The notes under the pieces are model-generated. The model was not told the origin of the DNA, searched no databases, and saw only the letters and a list, made by a program, of their open reading frames with translations. The position numbers and the translations under genes are program-made. From positions 259,818-323,817 of the forward strand of contig CAWBSC010000023.1 of NCBI GenBank assembly GCA_963791285.1: a DNA stretch of 64,000 nt, given 5' to 3'. Origin of the DNA: an uncultured delta proteobacterium (GTDB lineage: Bacteria; Desulfobacterota; Desulfobacteria; Desulfobacterales; SpSt-501). This document shows positions 20,027 through 30,376 of the stretch, in pieces (the stretch's first letter is position 1; the number at the start of each line of letters is the position of its first letter).

Positions 20027-21193
20027 TCAGTATTCCATCGCTCCTGGACCCTTCTCGTCCTGCGGCCACCGGACGGCCGGTAGCCGCCGCGCAGCCCGCC
20101 CGCGGAAAACACGATCTGCCACAGCTGGTTCGACCGGGCGCGGAAGCTGCCGGCGCTGGCGAGCAGGTAATACCGCCACATCCGGAAGAAGCGCTCGCCG
20201 TAGCGCTCCGGAGCCGCTCCCAGCCCGCGGCGAAGTTGGCGTTCCACGCCATGAGCGTCGGTCGTAGTGCGGCCGAAGCTGTGCCAGTCCTCGATGACGA
20301 ACAGCCCCTCGGCGGCGGCTGCCAGCTGGCGCATCGAGGGGAGCATGCAGTTCGGGAAGATGTACTTGTCCGCACCACGGGTCCACCGAGCGCGCCGGAG
20401 ATGTTGCTCGCCGATGGTGTGCAGCAGGAACAGGCCGTCCGGGCCCAGGCAGCGCGTGCCGACCTGCATGTAGCGCCGGTAGTTCTTCACCCCGACGTGC
20501 TCGATCATCCCGATGGAGACGATGCGGTCGAAGCTGCCGTCGACGTCGCGGTAGTCCTGCAGGCGGATCTCGACCGGCAGGCCGCGGCAGAGCTCCCGCG
20601 CGAGCTCGCCTGCTCCTTGGAAACGGTGATGCCCACCACCGCGGCGCCGTGCCGTCTCGGCCGCGTGCCGCGCGAACCCGCCCCACCCGCAGCCGATGTC
20701 GAGGACCCGCATTCCGGGCTTCTCGAGCCCGATCTTGCGGCAGATCAGCTCGAGCTTGTCCGCCTGGGCCTCGTCGAGGTCGTCGCCCGCTTCCAGTAGC
20801 CGCAGCTGTAGTTCATCGCCTGTCGAGCATCAGCGCGGTACAGGTCGTTGCCCAGGTCGTAGTGGCGGCGGCCGATGTTCGAAGGCCCGCGCGGGCCTCT
20901 GGGGGTTCACAGAGGCGGTCGAGCCACAGCAGACCGACAGCAGGCGGCGGGCAAGACCTTCTGCGGGGCGCGGTCGAGCCGGCGCAGGACCCTTCGACAA
21001 ACTCGTCCAGGGCGTCGCAGTCCCACCACCCGTCCATGTAGGCTTCGCCGAGCGCCAGCGAGCCGCCCGCCAGGACGCGGCCGAAGAAGCGCGCGTCGCT
21101 GACCCGCAGGTCCCAGGGCCGCTCCCCGTCGATGGCCACATCGGCCCGATCCAGCAGCGCCTGCAACAACCGCCGGCTGCGTTCGACCTTCAT
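20027..21193 (-). pseudogene. cfa: cyclopropane-fatty-acyl-phospholipid synthase, riddled with frameshifts
   Basis: Conserved CFA-synthase peptides are scattered over all three minus frames: MKVERS...GEAYMDGWWDCDALDEFV, HYDLGNDLYRA, MNYSCGYWK, MRVLDIGCGWGGFARHAAE, SVDPW, KYIFPNCMLPS, LMAWNANFAAGWERL and ERFFRMWRYYLLASAGSFRARSNQLWQIVFS. The 3-prime end is uncertain (stop at 20027 or 19927). Confidence 0.8.
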
Positions 21194-21394
21194 GGCGCGC
21201 CCTCCTCCCCCTCCCCATCCCGCGCTGCGCGGGGTGGGCGGTTCCAGTGCGAACCCGGCCGCTCACGTCCTGCAATCGTTTCTGTGACACCCAGCGTAGC
21301 AAACTCGGGGCCCCGGGATCAAGCCGTTCGGCGATTGCCGGTTGACAACCGCGCACCGTTGGAGTTTGGATGACCAGTAGCAGCAGACTCTATT

Positions 21395-21517
21395 AGAACC
21401 AAGTGTCGGGCCGTCAGCCAAGGCGCGCGGCCTTTTGGAAAGCGCAGCATGCCGGAGGCATGTGAGCATTTACAAGAGGCCGCGCAACGCCGGATCACGG
21501 CCCGAGACGCCGGTTCT
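21395..21517 (+). repeat. palindromic MITE-like repeat, subfamily A
   Basis: Near-identical to 11055-11167. Terminal inverted repeats are AGAACCAAGTGTCGGGCCGT and ACGGCCCGAGACGCCGGTTCT. It ends 10 nt before the MBL gene's ATG. Confidence 0.85.
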
Positions 21518-21526
21518 TGCGAGGTG

Positions 21527-22452
21527 CCCATGCCGGTCTCCGAGATCCTGCCCGACTTTTATTTCTTCGAACGCGGCTACCTGAACGGGAACCACTTCGC
21601 CTGGCGCGGCGAGCGTCCGGTGCTCGTCGACACGGCCTACCTGCCCCACGTCGACACCACCCTGGAACTCCTCGCCGGCATCGGGATCGACCCGGCCCGG
21701 ACCGCCACGATCCTCACCACCCACTGCCACTGCGACCACGTCGGCGGTCACCGGCGCATCCAGGCGCTGTCCGGCTGCGGGGTGGCGCTGCACCCCCTCG
21801 GCCGGCACTTCATCGAGACCGGCGACGACTGGTCGACCTGGTGGCGCTACTACGACCAGCCGGCCGAGCCCTTCGAGTGCACCCACAGCCTCGAGGACGG
21901 GGAGGTCGTGGACGTCGGCCCCCACCGCTTCACGGTGCTGCACACGCCCGGGCACTCCGCGGACGGCCTCGTGCTCTACTGCGCGGCGGAACGGGTCCTG
22001 CTCTCCTCCGACGCCCTCTGGGAGCGGGACATCCCGGTGATGACCGTGCGGGTCGAGGGCAGCCGAACGCTCTTCGACGCCTTGCGCTCGCTCGAGCGCA
22101 TCGAGGCGCTGGACGTCCGGCGGGTCTACCCGGGGCACGGGCCCGGGTTCGATGACCTGCCGACTGCAGTCGCACGCAGCCGGGAGCGCCTGCAGCGCTA
22201 CCTGCGCCGCCCGCAGGACCTCGGCCGCGACCAGATCAAGCGCATCGTCGTCTACACGCTCCTCATGCACCCCGGGATCCCCGTGGACGGGTTTTTCGAC
22301 CGCCTGATGGGGACGTTCTGGTTCCCCGAAACCTGCGATCTCTTCTTCCGCGGCGATTACCGCCGTCACTGCGACGACACCCTGGCCGGGCTGCTGGAGC
22401 GCGGCATCCTGACCCGCGCCGACGGCGGCTCTTTACAGTCGTCCCTCAATAA
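21527..22452 (+). CDS. MBL-fold metallo-hydrolase (C-terminus probably frameshifted)
   Basis: HCHCDHVGGH metal-binding motif, with TPGHSADG and YPGHG. The ORF track runs straight on into the next gene. A TAA at 22450-22452 becomes in-frame if one indel near 22425-22435 is assumed. Confidence 0.6.
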
Positions 22453-22615
22453 GGCCCGCCTCCAGCCGCACTCGAAGGCCGCAGGCCGCGGCGCTGGCAA
22501 ATCCCCCCGGGTTCGTGTAAGTGGTATAGTCATCGGACACTCCGATCGTCCCGCCCGCGCGGGGCGACGGCCGCAGAAAGGAAATTTCAGGAAATCGACC
22601 GCGATACCCGGTGCG

Positions 22616-23960
22616 GTGTTCCACCGCGTTCTGGACGACCAGCTGCCCGTGGCAAAACGCTCCGCGGGCGTCTGGATCGAAACCGAAGACGGGCGGCGCT
22701 ACCTCGACGCGAGCGGCGGTGCGGTGGTCGTCAACGTCGGCCACGGGCGGGCGGAAATCGCCCGGGCCGTGGGGGACCAGCTCCAGACCCTTTCCTACGT
22801 GCACCCCACCATGTTCACCTCGACCGCCCTCGAGGAGCTGGCCGCGGCGCTGGCCGCGCACGCGCCGGCGGGGCTGGACCGGTTCTACTTCATGTCCTCC
22901 GGCTCGGAGGCGGTCGAGACCGCCATCAAGCTCGCCCGGCAGATCCAGACCGCCCGCGGCGACGCGGACCGGCAGGTGCTCGTCTCGCGCTGGAAGTCCT
23001 ACCACGGGCTGACCATGGGGGCGCTCGCCGCCGCGGGGCGCACCTCCTTCCGCCTGCCGTTCTACCCCATGCTGCGCGACGCCGTGCACATCCCGCCCCC
23101 GTACTGCCTGCGCTGCTCCTACGGCCTGAAGTATCCCGGGTGCGGCCTGCGATGCGCGCTCGCGCTGGACGAGACCATCCAGAACCTCGGCCCGGCAGTG
23201 GTCTCAGCCTTCATCGGCGAGACGGTCGGCGGGGCCAGCATCGCCGTCTCGCCCGCCCCCGGAGGGGTACTGGCCGCTCGTGCGCGAGATCTGCGACCGC
23301 CACGGCGTGCTCCTGATCCTGGACGAGGTGATGTGCGGCATGGGCCGCACCGGCCGGTGGTTCGCCTGTGAACACTACGGGGTCGTGCCCGACATCCTGG
23401 TGCTCGGCAAGGGGCTTTCGGGCGGGACGCTGGCGCTCTCGGGGGTGGCGACCACGACGGGCCACGTGGACACGGTGCAGCGCGCCGCGGGGAACTTCGC
23501 GCACGGCGGCACCTTCAGCCACAACTGCGTCAGCTGCGCCGCCGGCCTCGCGGCCGTGCGCATCCTCGAGCAGGAGGACCTCGTGGCGCGCTCCCGCGAG
23601 CTCGGCGAGCGCCTCGGGCGCTGCCTGCGGGACGCGCTGTCGGGTTCGCCCCACGTGGGCGACATCCGCGGCATCGGCATGATGTGGGGGGTCGAATTCG
23701 TCCAGGACCGCAACACCCTGCAGCCCTTCCCGCGCAGCCGCAAGGTGACCGAAACCCTCTGGCAGAACCTGTTCGACCGCGGGGTCATCCTCTACAAGAG
23801 CGTCGGCATGGCCGGGACCGACGGCGACGGGCTCATCGTCGCACCGCCCTTCGTGATCACCGCGGAGGAGATCGACCTGGTGGTCGAACGCCTCAAGCAA
23901 GCGATCGTTCAGGTCCTGGGGCTTGAACCCGCGAACGGCCCCGCCCGCCCGGGGCATTGA
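22616..23960 (+). pseudogene. class III PLP aminotransferase, split by a single frameshift near 23256-23266
   Basis: VFHRVL...DASGGAVVVNVGHG...SSGSEAVETAIKLAR...AFIGETVGGAS is in the frame of ORF 21449..23371. REICDRHGVLLILDEVMCGMGRTG...HGGTFSHN is in ORF 23280..23960. Removing one G from cccggagggg restores PEGYWPLVREIC. The GTG start at 22616 is tentative. Confidence 0.75.
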
Positions 23961-23985
23961 CAAACGCCCGCGCCACCTCAATTGT
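23957..23985 (+). promoter_or_regulatory. possible sigma-70 promoter of the cold-shock gene
   Basis: TTGACA (23957-23962), a 17-nt spacer, then AATTGT (23980-23985). This would give a leader of about 85 nt, as is usual for csp genes. Confidence 0.3.
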
Positions 23986-24076
23986 GTGCACGGTTAGACC
24001 GGATGTTCCGCTCTCCGGGGCCGCCGGGATCAACAGAGCTTCGCGTCGTCAGCGGGCGCGAGGAGAGGAGTCGATT

Positions 24077-24280
24077 ATGGTCGAAGGCACGGTGAAGTGG
24101 TACAACGAGAAAAAGCAGTACGGGTTCATCGAATCTCAAGGGATCGAAGACATTTTCTTCCACGGGACGAGCATCGTCGACCACGGTTTTTTCGGGTTGA
24201 CGAAGGACGACCGCGTTTCCTTCGAAGTCCGCCAGACCGATCGCGGACGGCAGGCCTTCCAGGTGAAAGTTCTGCGCTGA
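24077..24280 (+). CDS. cold-shock domain protein (CspA family)
   Basis: 67 aa (MVEGTVKWYNEKKQYGFIES...) with RNP1-like KQYGFI. AGGAGAGGAG RBS lies 7 nt upstream. Confidence 0.85.
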   Translation: MVEGTVKWYNEKKQYGFIESQGIEDIFFHGTSIVDHGFFGLTKDDRVSFEVRQTDRGRQAFQVKVLR

Positions 24281-24372
24281 GCCGCGCTGTGCCCGCCCGA
24301 CAGGTCCTCGCGACGCTCGGCCGTCACCGGCCGGGCGTCCTGTTTTAACAGCCCGTTACGCCTATCTCAACC

Positions 24373-25140
24373 ATGCGCCAGACGGCCCCATGCGGCGTTG
24401 CCGGCCGCTTCAATCGGCTCACATCCCGCGGCATTAACGCCCGCCTGCGGCTGGCGGGAGTCGTCGCCCTGGCCCTGCTCGCCGCCGCCTGCACCCGGTT
24501 GCCCGAGTACGCCCAGCCGCGCATGAACCCGGGGGACCCGCAGCAGGCCGCGTACAAGGGATTCACCTACCGCGACCTGACCCCGGCGGACTTTCGCGCC
24601 CCGGCGCCCCCGGACCACCTGGGCGGCCACGCCGCGCGCATCAACGCGCACTCGGCCATCCAGATCCGGCCCGTGCCCGCCTCGAAGTTCGTGGTCACCC
24701 AGGGCGAGCTCTTCGGCCAGCCCTATTTCTTCGGCCGCATCGAGCAGCTCGCGTTCGAAGCCGTCATGATTCCGGAGCGCAGCTGGTGGAACCCGGCCAT
24801 GCCGCCCGCCGCGACCGCCTACGTGCTCCAGCACGAGCAGATCCACTTCGCGCTGACCGAGCTCGCCGCGCGCCGGCTGACCCGGGAGTCGACGGGCTGG
24901 GCCGCCGCGCAGCTCGTGATCCGGCCGAGCCCGCAGGAGGTGCAGGCCGAGATGGCACGGCTGGTGCGCGAGCGGGTCAACACGGCCATGGAAGAGGGTC
25001 TGAAGCGGCACGCCGAATTCGACGAGGACGCCTCGCTCTTCTACAACCCGCGCCGCCAGCGGTGGTGGGCCTGGAGCGTGGAGGACGAACTCAAGGCGAC
25101 CGAGGCGGCGGCGCTTCAGAACGCGCCGGTTGCCCCGTAG
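24373..25140 (+). CDS. lipoprotein with HExxH motif (DUF922-like putative Zn metallopeptidase)
   Basis: Lipobox LLAAAC and the motif YVLQHEQIHFALTE. The first about 20 codons are encoded by a half copy of the subfamily-B repeat. Confidence 0.6.
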   Translation: MRQTAPCGVAGRFNRLTSRGINARLRLAGVVALALLAAACTRLPEYAQPRMNPGDPQQAAYKGFTYRDLTPADFRAPAPPDHLGGHAARINAHSAIQIRPVPASKFVVTQGELFGQPYFFGRIEQLAFEAVMIPERSWWNPAMPPAATAYVLQHEQIHFALTELAARRLTRESTGWAAAQLVIRPSPQEVQAEMARLVRERVNTAMEEGLKRHAEFDEDASLFYNPRRQRWWAWSVEDELKATEAAALQNAPVAP

Positions 25141-25988
25141 CGCGAGACTCGGCCCGCGCCGGCTGCCGCCAAGCCGCCCGTCAGCTCGGCGACGAGCTCC
25201 GGGCAGGCCCGAAACGGGTTGGCGGGGGTCGCCGCGTCCGACACCCTGAGACCGGCGGCAAACGGCGTCGCCGCAATGTTGCGGTTGTAGGCCTCGACCA
25301 GGAGCCGCTCCAGGTTGATCGTGTCCTGGACGTTGTAGGCGAGCAGGGCCTCGAGCGCGCGGTCGTCGCGCGAGCGACGGTAGCGCTCCCACAGGAGGAC
25401 GGCCGTGAACCCGTCCACCCCGTCCAACTCCCCGCGCCCCATCCCCAGGCTGCGCTCGCAGCCCTTCAGCCCGCCGCTGAACCCCAGATCCTTGAGGATG
25501 TAACGCAGATCGACGGCCGCCTGTCTCAGCCGCACCCCGAAGCAGCGTTCCAGGAAGGGCTGGTCGAAGGATTTTCCGTTGTAGGTGACGAGCACCTTGA
25601 AAGCCTGCACGTCGCGCGGAAACTCGTCCAGGTTCCGGCCGCGCACGTAGGTCTTCACCGTGCGGCCGTCGTAGAGGGCGACCGTCGTGACCCGGTCGCG
25701 CTCGCGGTCGAGCCCGGTGGTCTCGATGTCGAGGTACGCGGTCGCAGCGCGGAACTCGGGGAAGATGCGCCACGCCATGGCGGCCGGCAGGCGCCGCGCG
25801 AAATAGGCCGGGTCGTGGCGGTTCCGGAGCGAGTCGGCGACCCCGACGCGCAGCACCCCGCGGAGACGGTCGGGGACGTCTGCCGCGGCAGCGTCCAGAC
25901 GGTCCCAGGAGAGCAGGCCGTCCTCCCAAAGCCGCTGCTCGGTCGTTCTCCCGATCCCCTGCATGTGCATGAAGGTGTGCGCGAGCAA
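25116..25988 (-). CDS. RNase H-like / YprB-type predicted 3-prime-5-prime exonuclease
   Basis: 290 aa with the acidic motif YLDIETTGL, then YNGKSFDQPFL and AYNVQD (a DEDD-like arrangement). Confidence 0.6.
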   Translation of the reverse strand: MLAHTFMHMQGIGRTTEQRLWEDGLLSWDRLDAAAADVPDRLRGVLRVGVADSLRNRHDPAYFARRLPAAMAWRIFPEFRAATAYLDIETTGLDRERDRVTTVALYDGRTVKTYVRGRNLDEFPRDVQAFKVLVTYNGKSFDQPFLERCFGVRLRQAAVDLRYILKDLGFSGGLKGCERSLGMGRGELDGVDGFTAVLLWERYRRSRDDRALEALLAYNVQDTINLERLLVEAYNRNIAATPFAAGLRVSDAATPANPFRACPELVAELTGGLAAAGAGRVSRYGATGAF

Positions 25989-26174
25989 ACCGGTCCTCCT
26001 GCAGAATATGGTGCGAAGACCATAGCACGATTGCGCCGGGAGTCCAGAGTCGCACGCCCCCGGCGGGGGGTTTCGGCTTGACGGCGGTTGGATGCATCGC
26101 TATTTAAACGCATCCCGGTCCGCGGGTGCGACCCGCGTCGGGGCCGACGGGGACCACCGAGGGGGAGACGATTC

Positions 26175-27503
26175 ATGTCGCAATCCTTGCCGAAACACAT
26201 AAAATTCCTGGTGATCGGCGCCGGGGTGCACGGCTTGAGCACCGCCTACCACCTCGCGTGCGAGCTGAAGGCCCGCGGGCGCGGGAGCGCCGACGACGTG
26301 CTGGTGGTCGACAAGACCGCGGTCGGCGCCGGGGCGAGCGGCATCGCCTGCGGGGTCGTGCGCAACTACTACGTGCAGCCGGCCATGGGTGCCTTGATGG
26401 CCCACAGCGTCGGCGTTTGGGAATCCGACCCGGAGGCGTATCACTACCACCCGGTCGGCTACCTCGCCGTCGCCGGCGACGTCCAGCGGGAGGATTTCGA
26501 GCGCATCGCCGCGCGCCACGAGCGCATCGGCTACCGGGCGCGGCTCGTGCGCGGCGAGCAGGCGGTCTCCGACTACATGCGCGCCCTCTTCCCGGACTGG
26601 CGCGCGCGCGGGCTGAGCGTCTGCCTGCACGAATTCCAGGGCGGGTTCGCCTTCAACCGCGAGTCGATGCGCGGGCTGGCCAAAAAGGCGACGGACGAAG
26701 GCGTCCGCATCCTTCAGGGAGTGCGGGTCGAGGGGTTCGAGATGGCCGCCGACGGCCGCGTGCGCACGGTCCGCACCACGGCCGGGGAGCTCGCGGTCGA
26801 GCACGTGGTCGTGGGCGTCGGCCCCTGGATCAAGGGCATCTGGGGCCTGCTCGGCCTCCCTCTGAAAGTCGACGTGCGGGCCGAGGGAACGCTCCACGCG
26901 GGGCTCGACATGTGGACCTACTGGCAGCTCCAGGAAGGCGAGATCCGGCTCGACCCCGGCCGCTACGTCACCGCCGAAGGCAAGACCCCGCCGGTCATCC
27001 ACGTCGACTCGAGCGAGCCGCTTCTGGCCGACGGGACCGATCGAAAGATCTCCAACGGCCTGTGGGGGATCTACTTCAAGCGCGACCGTCAGGGGGTGCA
27101 GGGCGGGGCCGTTCCGCTCAAGCTCGGCCCCGACGCGCAGGTCGACCCGTACGGCCCGCGCAGCGGGCGCTACACCGTCACCGACGACTTCGCCGAACAC
27201 TGGACCGCGGGGCTCGCCCACTGCCTGGAGCGCTTCCGCGGCTGCAGCAAACTGTATCAGCGCGCCCCCACCGGCGGGATCGGCTGCTTCACGGTGGACA
27301 ACTTCCCGGTGTTCGACCGGATGCGGCCCAACGTCTACGTCATCGCCGACAGCAATCACGGCTACAAGATGATCGGCGTAGGCCAGGAAGTCGCGCGCGT
27401 GCTGATGGGCGAGACCAGCACCCTGCTCCACCCGTTCCGCTTCGGCCGCTTTGCCGAGGGCGACCTGCACCCGCGCTCCAGCGGCCCCTTCCCCTGGACG
27501 TGA
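26175..27503 (+). CDS. FAD-dependent oxidoreductase (DAO / sarcosine-oxidase-beta-like)
   Basis: Dinucleotide-binding motif KFLVIGAGVHGLSTAYHLA. GGGGGAG RBS is upstream of the ATG at 26175. IS copy 2 starts 3 nt after its stop codon. Confidence 0.75.
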   Translation: MSQSLPKHIKFLVIGAGVHGLSTAYHLACELKARGRGSADDVLVVDKTAVGAGASGIACGVVRNYYVQPAMGALMAHSVGVWESDPEAYHYHPVGYLAVAGDVQREDFERIAARHERIGYRARLVRGEQAVSDYMRALFPDWRARGLSVCLHEFQGGFAFNRESMRGLAKKATDEGVRILQGVRVEGFEMAADGRVRTVRTTAGELAVEHVVVGVGPWIKGIWGLLGLPLKVDVRAEGTLHAGLDMWTYWQLQEGEIRLDPGRYVTAEGKTPPVIHVDSSEPLLADGTDRKISNGLWGIYFKRDRQGVQGGAVPLKLGPDAQVDPYGPRSGRYTVTDDFAEHWTAGLAHCLERFRGCSKLYQRAPTGGIGCFTVDNFPVFDRMRPNVYVIADSNHGYKMIGVGQEVARVLMGETSTLLHPFRFGRFAEGDLHPRSSGPFPWT

Positions 27504-27505
27504 AG

Positions 27506-29147
27506 GGGGTCACATCTTGACGGGTTGTTGCCCAAATAGATCAAATAGGTCTCGCAAGCGCTGGGTTAATCTGCTAGTAGGAAGCATCTCGTTTACTTCC
27601 ACTTGAGGTGCACCTTCGCCATGATGGGCCGCCAGCCAAAGCCGCAGCAGAAGCTGTTTTACGAGCGGATCCGCCTGGATCAGCGCATCCGCAGCGATCA
27701 TGTGTTGAGGCAGATCGCCACGCACATCGATTTTGATTTCATCTACAAGGAAGTCCGGGATAGCTATGGCAGCAATGGCAATGTGTCCGTGCCGCCGCCG
27801 GTCATCCTGAAGATGATGCTCTTGTTGGTCCTCTATAACGTGCGCTCCGAGCGTGAGTTGCTGGCCACCATCCCGGAGCGCTTGGACTGGCTGTGGTTTT
27901 TGGGGTTTGACCTCGACAGCGAGATCCCCAACCACAGTGTGCTCTCTAAGGCCCGCATGCGCTGGGGGGCCGAGGCGTTCAAACTCTTTTTTGAGCGTAT
28001 CGTGTTGCAATGCGTTGAGGCCGGTCTGGTAGACGGCCGCAAGCTGTTTATGGACAGTTGCTTGGTGCAGGCCGACGCCTCCAACACCTCGGTGGTGAAC
28101 ACCCAAACGCTTAAAGCCCAGCTGGATACAGGTTACCGCAAGCTGCAAGAGCGCCTGGATGAGCCCGCGCAGCCGGAAGCGGTCAACCGCACCCACGTCT
28201 CCACGACCGACCCAGATGCCTCCACCGTGCGCCGAGGCGCGGGCGGCTCACGGCTCAAGTACCAGGTGCACCGGGCGGTGGACGAGCACTGCGAGGTCAT
28301 CACCGCTACCGAGGTGAGCACCGGCTCGGTGCACGAGGCCCATCGCATGGACAGCCTGCTGGATGGCCACGCCCGCAACACGGGTGTTGCCGCCGAAGTC
28401 TGTGTGGCCGACAGCAAGTACGGCACCATGGACAATTACCTCAGCTGCCATGACCGCGGGGTCAAAAGTCATTTTGCCTCATTGGAGCACGGGCAGCGGG
28501 GCTCGGGCCGGCAAGCCGGGATCCTGCCCAAAGAGTCCTTTCGCTATGAGGCGAGCACCGATAGCTTCGTCTGTCCGGCTGGCCGGCGATTGACTCGCCG
28601 CCGCTTCAACGCTCAGCGCCAACAGTGGGAGTACACGGCAGCGTCCAAGACGTGCAGCCACTGCAGCCTGCGGCCGCAGTGCACGCGCAGCCGTGCCGGA
28701 CGCAGCCTCAAGCGTCACCTGCGGCAAGAGGCTCTCGACCAGATGCTCTTGCAATCCCAGAGCCCGCAGGGGCGAGCGGACCGCAAGCAGCGCCAGCACC
28801 TAATGGAGCGCTCCTTTGCCCGCGGCACCCGCTACGGGATCAAGCGGGCGCGCTGGCGCAGGCTGTGGCGCGTGGCCATCCAGGAATATCTGACCGCCAC
28901 CATCCAGAACGTCATGGTTTTGGTTCGCTATCTCAAAGAGCCACTGCGGGCGGTGCCCAGGCCCTTGGGGCGGGTCGAGGACAGCTCAAGACCCGTAGCG
29001 CAGGGCATCGGCAGGCAGTTAGTCGCAAAAGCGGCCGGCTGGTTATCGCACCTCTGGACGGCTCGGCCGTTCCCGAACAGGTTAGTACTCGGTAATTTAA
29101 TATGAGGGCAGTGCTTTGAGCAACAGCCCCTTGATTCTTGATTTTAA
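27506..29147 (+). mobile_element. IS5/IS1182-family insertion sequence, copy 2 (1642 bp), inverted relative to copy 1
   Basis: Co-linear with the reverse complement of 4728-6369 over its full length, with only scattered substitutions. Confidence 0.8.
27603..29105 (+). CDS. IS5/IS1182-family DDE transposase
   Basis: 500 aa, differing at 6 residues from the copy at 4770..6272. Confidence 0.85.
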   Translation: MRCTFAMMGRQPKPQQKLFYERIRLDQRIRSDHVLRQIATHIDFDFIYKEVRDSYGSNGNVSVPPPVILKMMLLLVLYNVRSERELLATIPERLDWLWFLGFDLDSEIPNHSVLSKARMRWGAEAFKLFFERIVLQCVEAGLVDGRKLFMDSCLVQADASNTSVVNTQTLKAQLDTGYRKLQERLDEPAQPEAVNRTHVSTTDPDASTVRRGAGGSRLKYQVHRAVDEHCEVITATEVSTGSVHEAHRMDSLLDGHARNTGVAAEVCVADSKYGTMDNYLSCHDRGVKSHFASLEHGQRGSGRQAGILPKESFRYEASTDSFVCPAGRRLTRRRFNAQRQQWEYTAASKTCSHCSLRPQCTRSRAGRSLKRHLRQEALDQMLLQSQSPQGRADRKQRQHLMERSFARGTRYGIKRARWRRLWRVAIQEYLTATIQNVMVLVRYLKEPLRAVPRPLGRVEDSSRPVAQGIGRQLVAKAAGWLSHLWTARPFPNRLVLGNLI

Positions 29148-29156
29148 CAGGGCGTT

Positions 29157-29280
29157 GAAAACCGGAGTCTCGGTCCGTGATCCGGTGTTGCGCGGCCTTT
29201 GGCCATGCTCACTTACTGCCGTGTATGCTGCGCCGGCCAAAGAGCCGCGCGCCTTGGCTGACGGCCCGATACTTGTTTTC
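29157..29280 (-). repeat. palindromic MITE-like repeat, subfamily A (inverted, more diverged)
   Basis: cggtccgtgatccggtgttgcgcggcc...gccgcgcgccttggctgacggcccgatacttg matches the reverse complement of the 11-kb and 21-kb copies. It lies between IS copy 2 and azlC. Confidence 0.75.
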
Positions 29281-29303
29281 CAACACCCTGTTAAACAAGA
29301 CCC

Positions 29304-30044
29304 ATGGACCGCATGACCGCACCCGCCCCGCACGCCCGCAGGCAGGAATTCATGGCCGGCGCCCGCGACACTTTCCCGCTGCTGCTCGGGGCCTTCCCGT
29401 TCGGAATGATCTACGGCGCGGTGGCCGCGACATCGGGGCTCACGCCGCTGGCGGTCATGGCCATGTCCGCCCTGGTGTTTGCCGGTGCGTCGCAGTTCAT
29501 CGCGGTCGGCCTCTTCGCAGCGCAGACGCCCGTCGCGATCATCGTCCTGACCACCTTCGTGGTGAACCTGCGCCACATGCTCTACAGCGCCACCCTGCTC
29601 CCGCACCTGAGCCACCTGCCGCAGCGCTGGCACATCCCGCTCGCCTTCTGGCTGACCGACGAGACCTTCGCGGTCACTGTGCACCGCTACGGCCGGCCCG
29701 ACCCCGCCGGCACGCGGCACTGGTACCAGCTGGGGTCCTCGCTCGCGATGTACCTGAACTGGCAGCTCTGGTGCCTGGTGGGGCTGCTCATGGGGAGCCG
29801 GATCCCGGACGCCGCCGGCTGGGGGCTGGACGTGGCCATGCCGATCACGTTCATCGGCATGATCATCCCCTTCGTGAAGAGCGCCCCCATGGTCGTGTGC
29901 GTCCTCACGGCCGGCGCCGCGGCGCTGGCCACGGTTGGGTTCCCTTACAAGCTAGGAATCCTCATCGCGGCATTCGCCGGCATCGGGGCGGGCATGACCG
30001 CCGAAAAATTTTCGCGGGCCCGCGCGGAGGCACCCCGCCCATGA
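29304..30044 (+). CDS. azlC: AzlC-family branched-chain amino acid exporter subunit
   Basis: 246 aa, polytopic, with [19 protein letters not shown]. Its stop overlaps the azlD ATG (ATGA). Confidence 0.8.
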   Translation: MDRMTAPAPHARRQEFMAGARDTFPLLLGAFPFGMIYGAVAATSGLTPLAVMAMSALVFAGASQFIAVGLFAAQTPVAIIVLTTFVVNLRHMLYSATLLPHLSHLPQRWHIPLAFWLTDETFAVTVHRYGRPDPAGTRHWYQLGSSLAMYLNWQLWCLVGLLMGSRIPDAAGWGLDVAMPITFIGMIIPFVKSAPMVVCVLTAGAAALATVGFPYKLGILIAAFAGIGAGMTAEKFSRARAEAPRP

Positions 30045-30376
30045 CCGCGACCGAAATCCTGATGATCGCGGGGATGATGGCCGTGACCTTCGGCATCCGC
30101 TACGCGCTCTTCGCGCTGGCGGGCCGCATCCGCATGGCGCCCTGGATCGAGGAGGCCCTGAAGTTCATCCCGCCGGCCGTCCTGACCTCCATCACCCTCC
30201 CGGCGGTGTTGCTGCCGCGGGGCGCGTGGGACGTCTCGTGGTCCAACCCCTACCTCGTCGCGGCGCTCGTCGCCACGGCGGCCGGCGCCTGGACGCGCAA
30301 CCTGCTCGCCACCATCGCCATCGGGCTGGCCGCTTTCTTCCTGTTCCGACTGCTCGTTCCGGGAGTCACATTCTGA
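30041..30376 (+). CDS. azlD: AzlD-family small membrane protein
   Basis: 111 aa ([26 protein letters not shown]...), translationally coupled to azlC. Confidence 0.75.
   Translation: MTATEILMIAGMMAVTFGIRYALFALAGRIRMAPWIEEALKFIPPAVLTSITLPAVLLPRGAWDVSWSNPYLVAALVATAAGAWTRNLLATIAIGLAAFFLFRLLVPGVTF

Noticed and set aside
21449-23371. 640-aa ORF suggesting an MBL-hydrolase/aminotransferase fusion protein
   Set aside because: The 60-codon linker (LQSSLNKARLQPHSKAAGRGAGKSPRVRVSG...) looks like translated intergenic DNA. The ORF start lies inside a MITE-like repeat. A TAA becomes in-frame with one indel near 22430. The region is otherwise full of frameshifts. It is more likely two genes.
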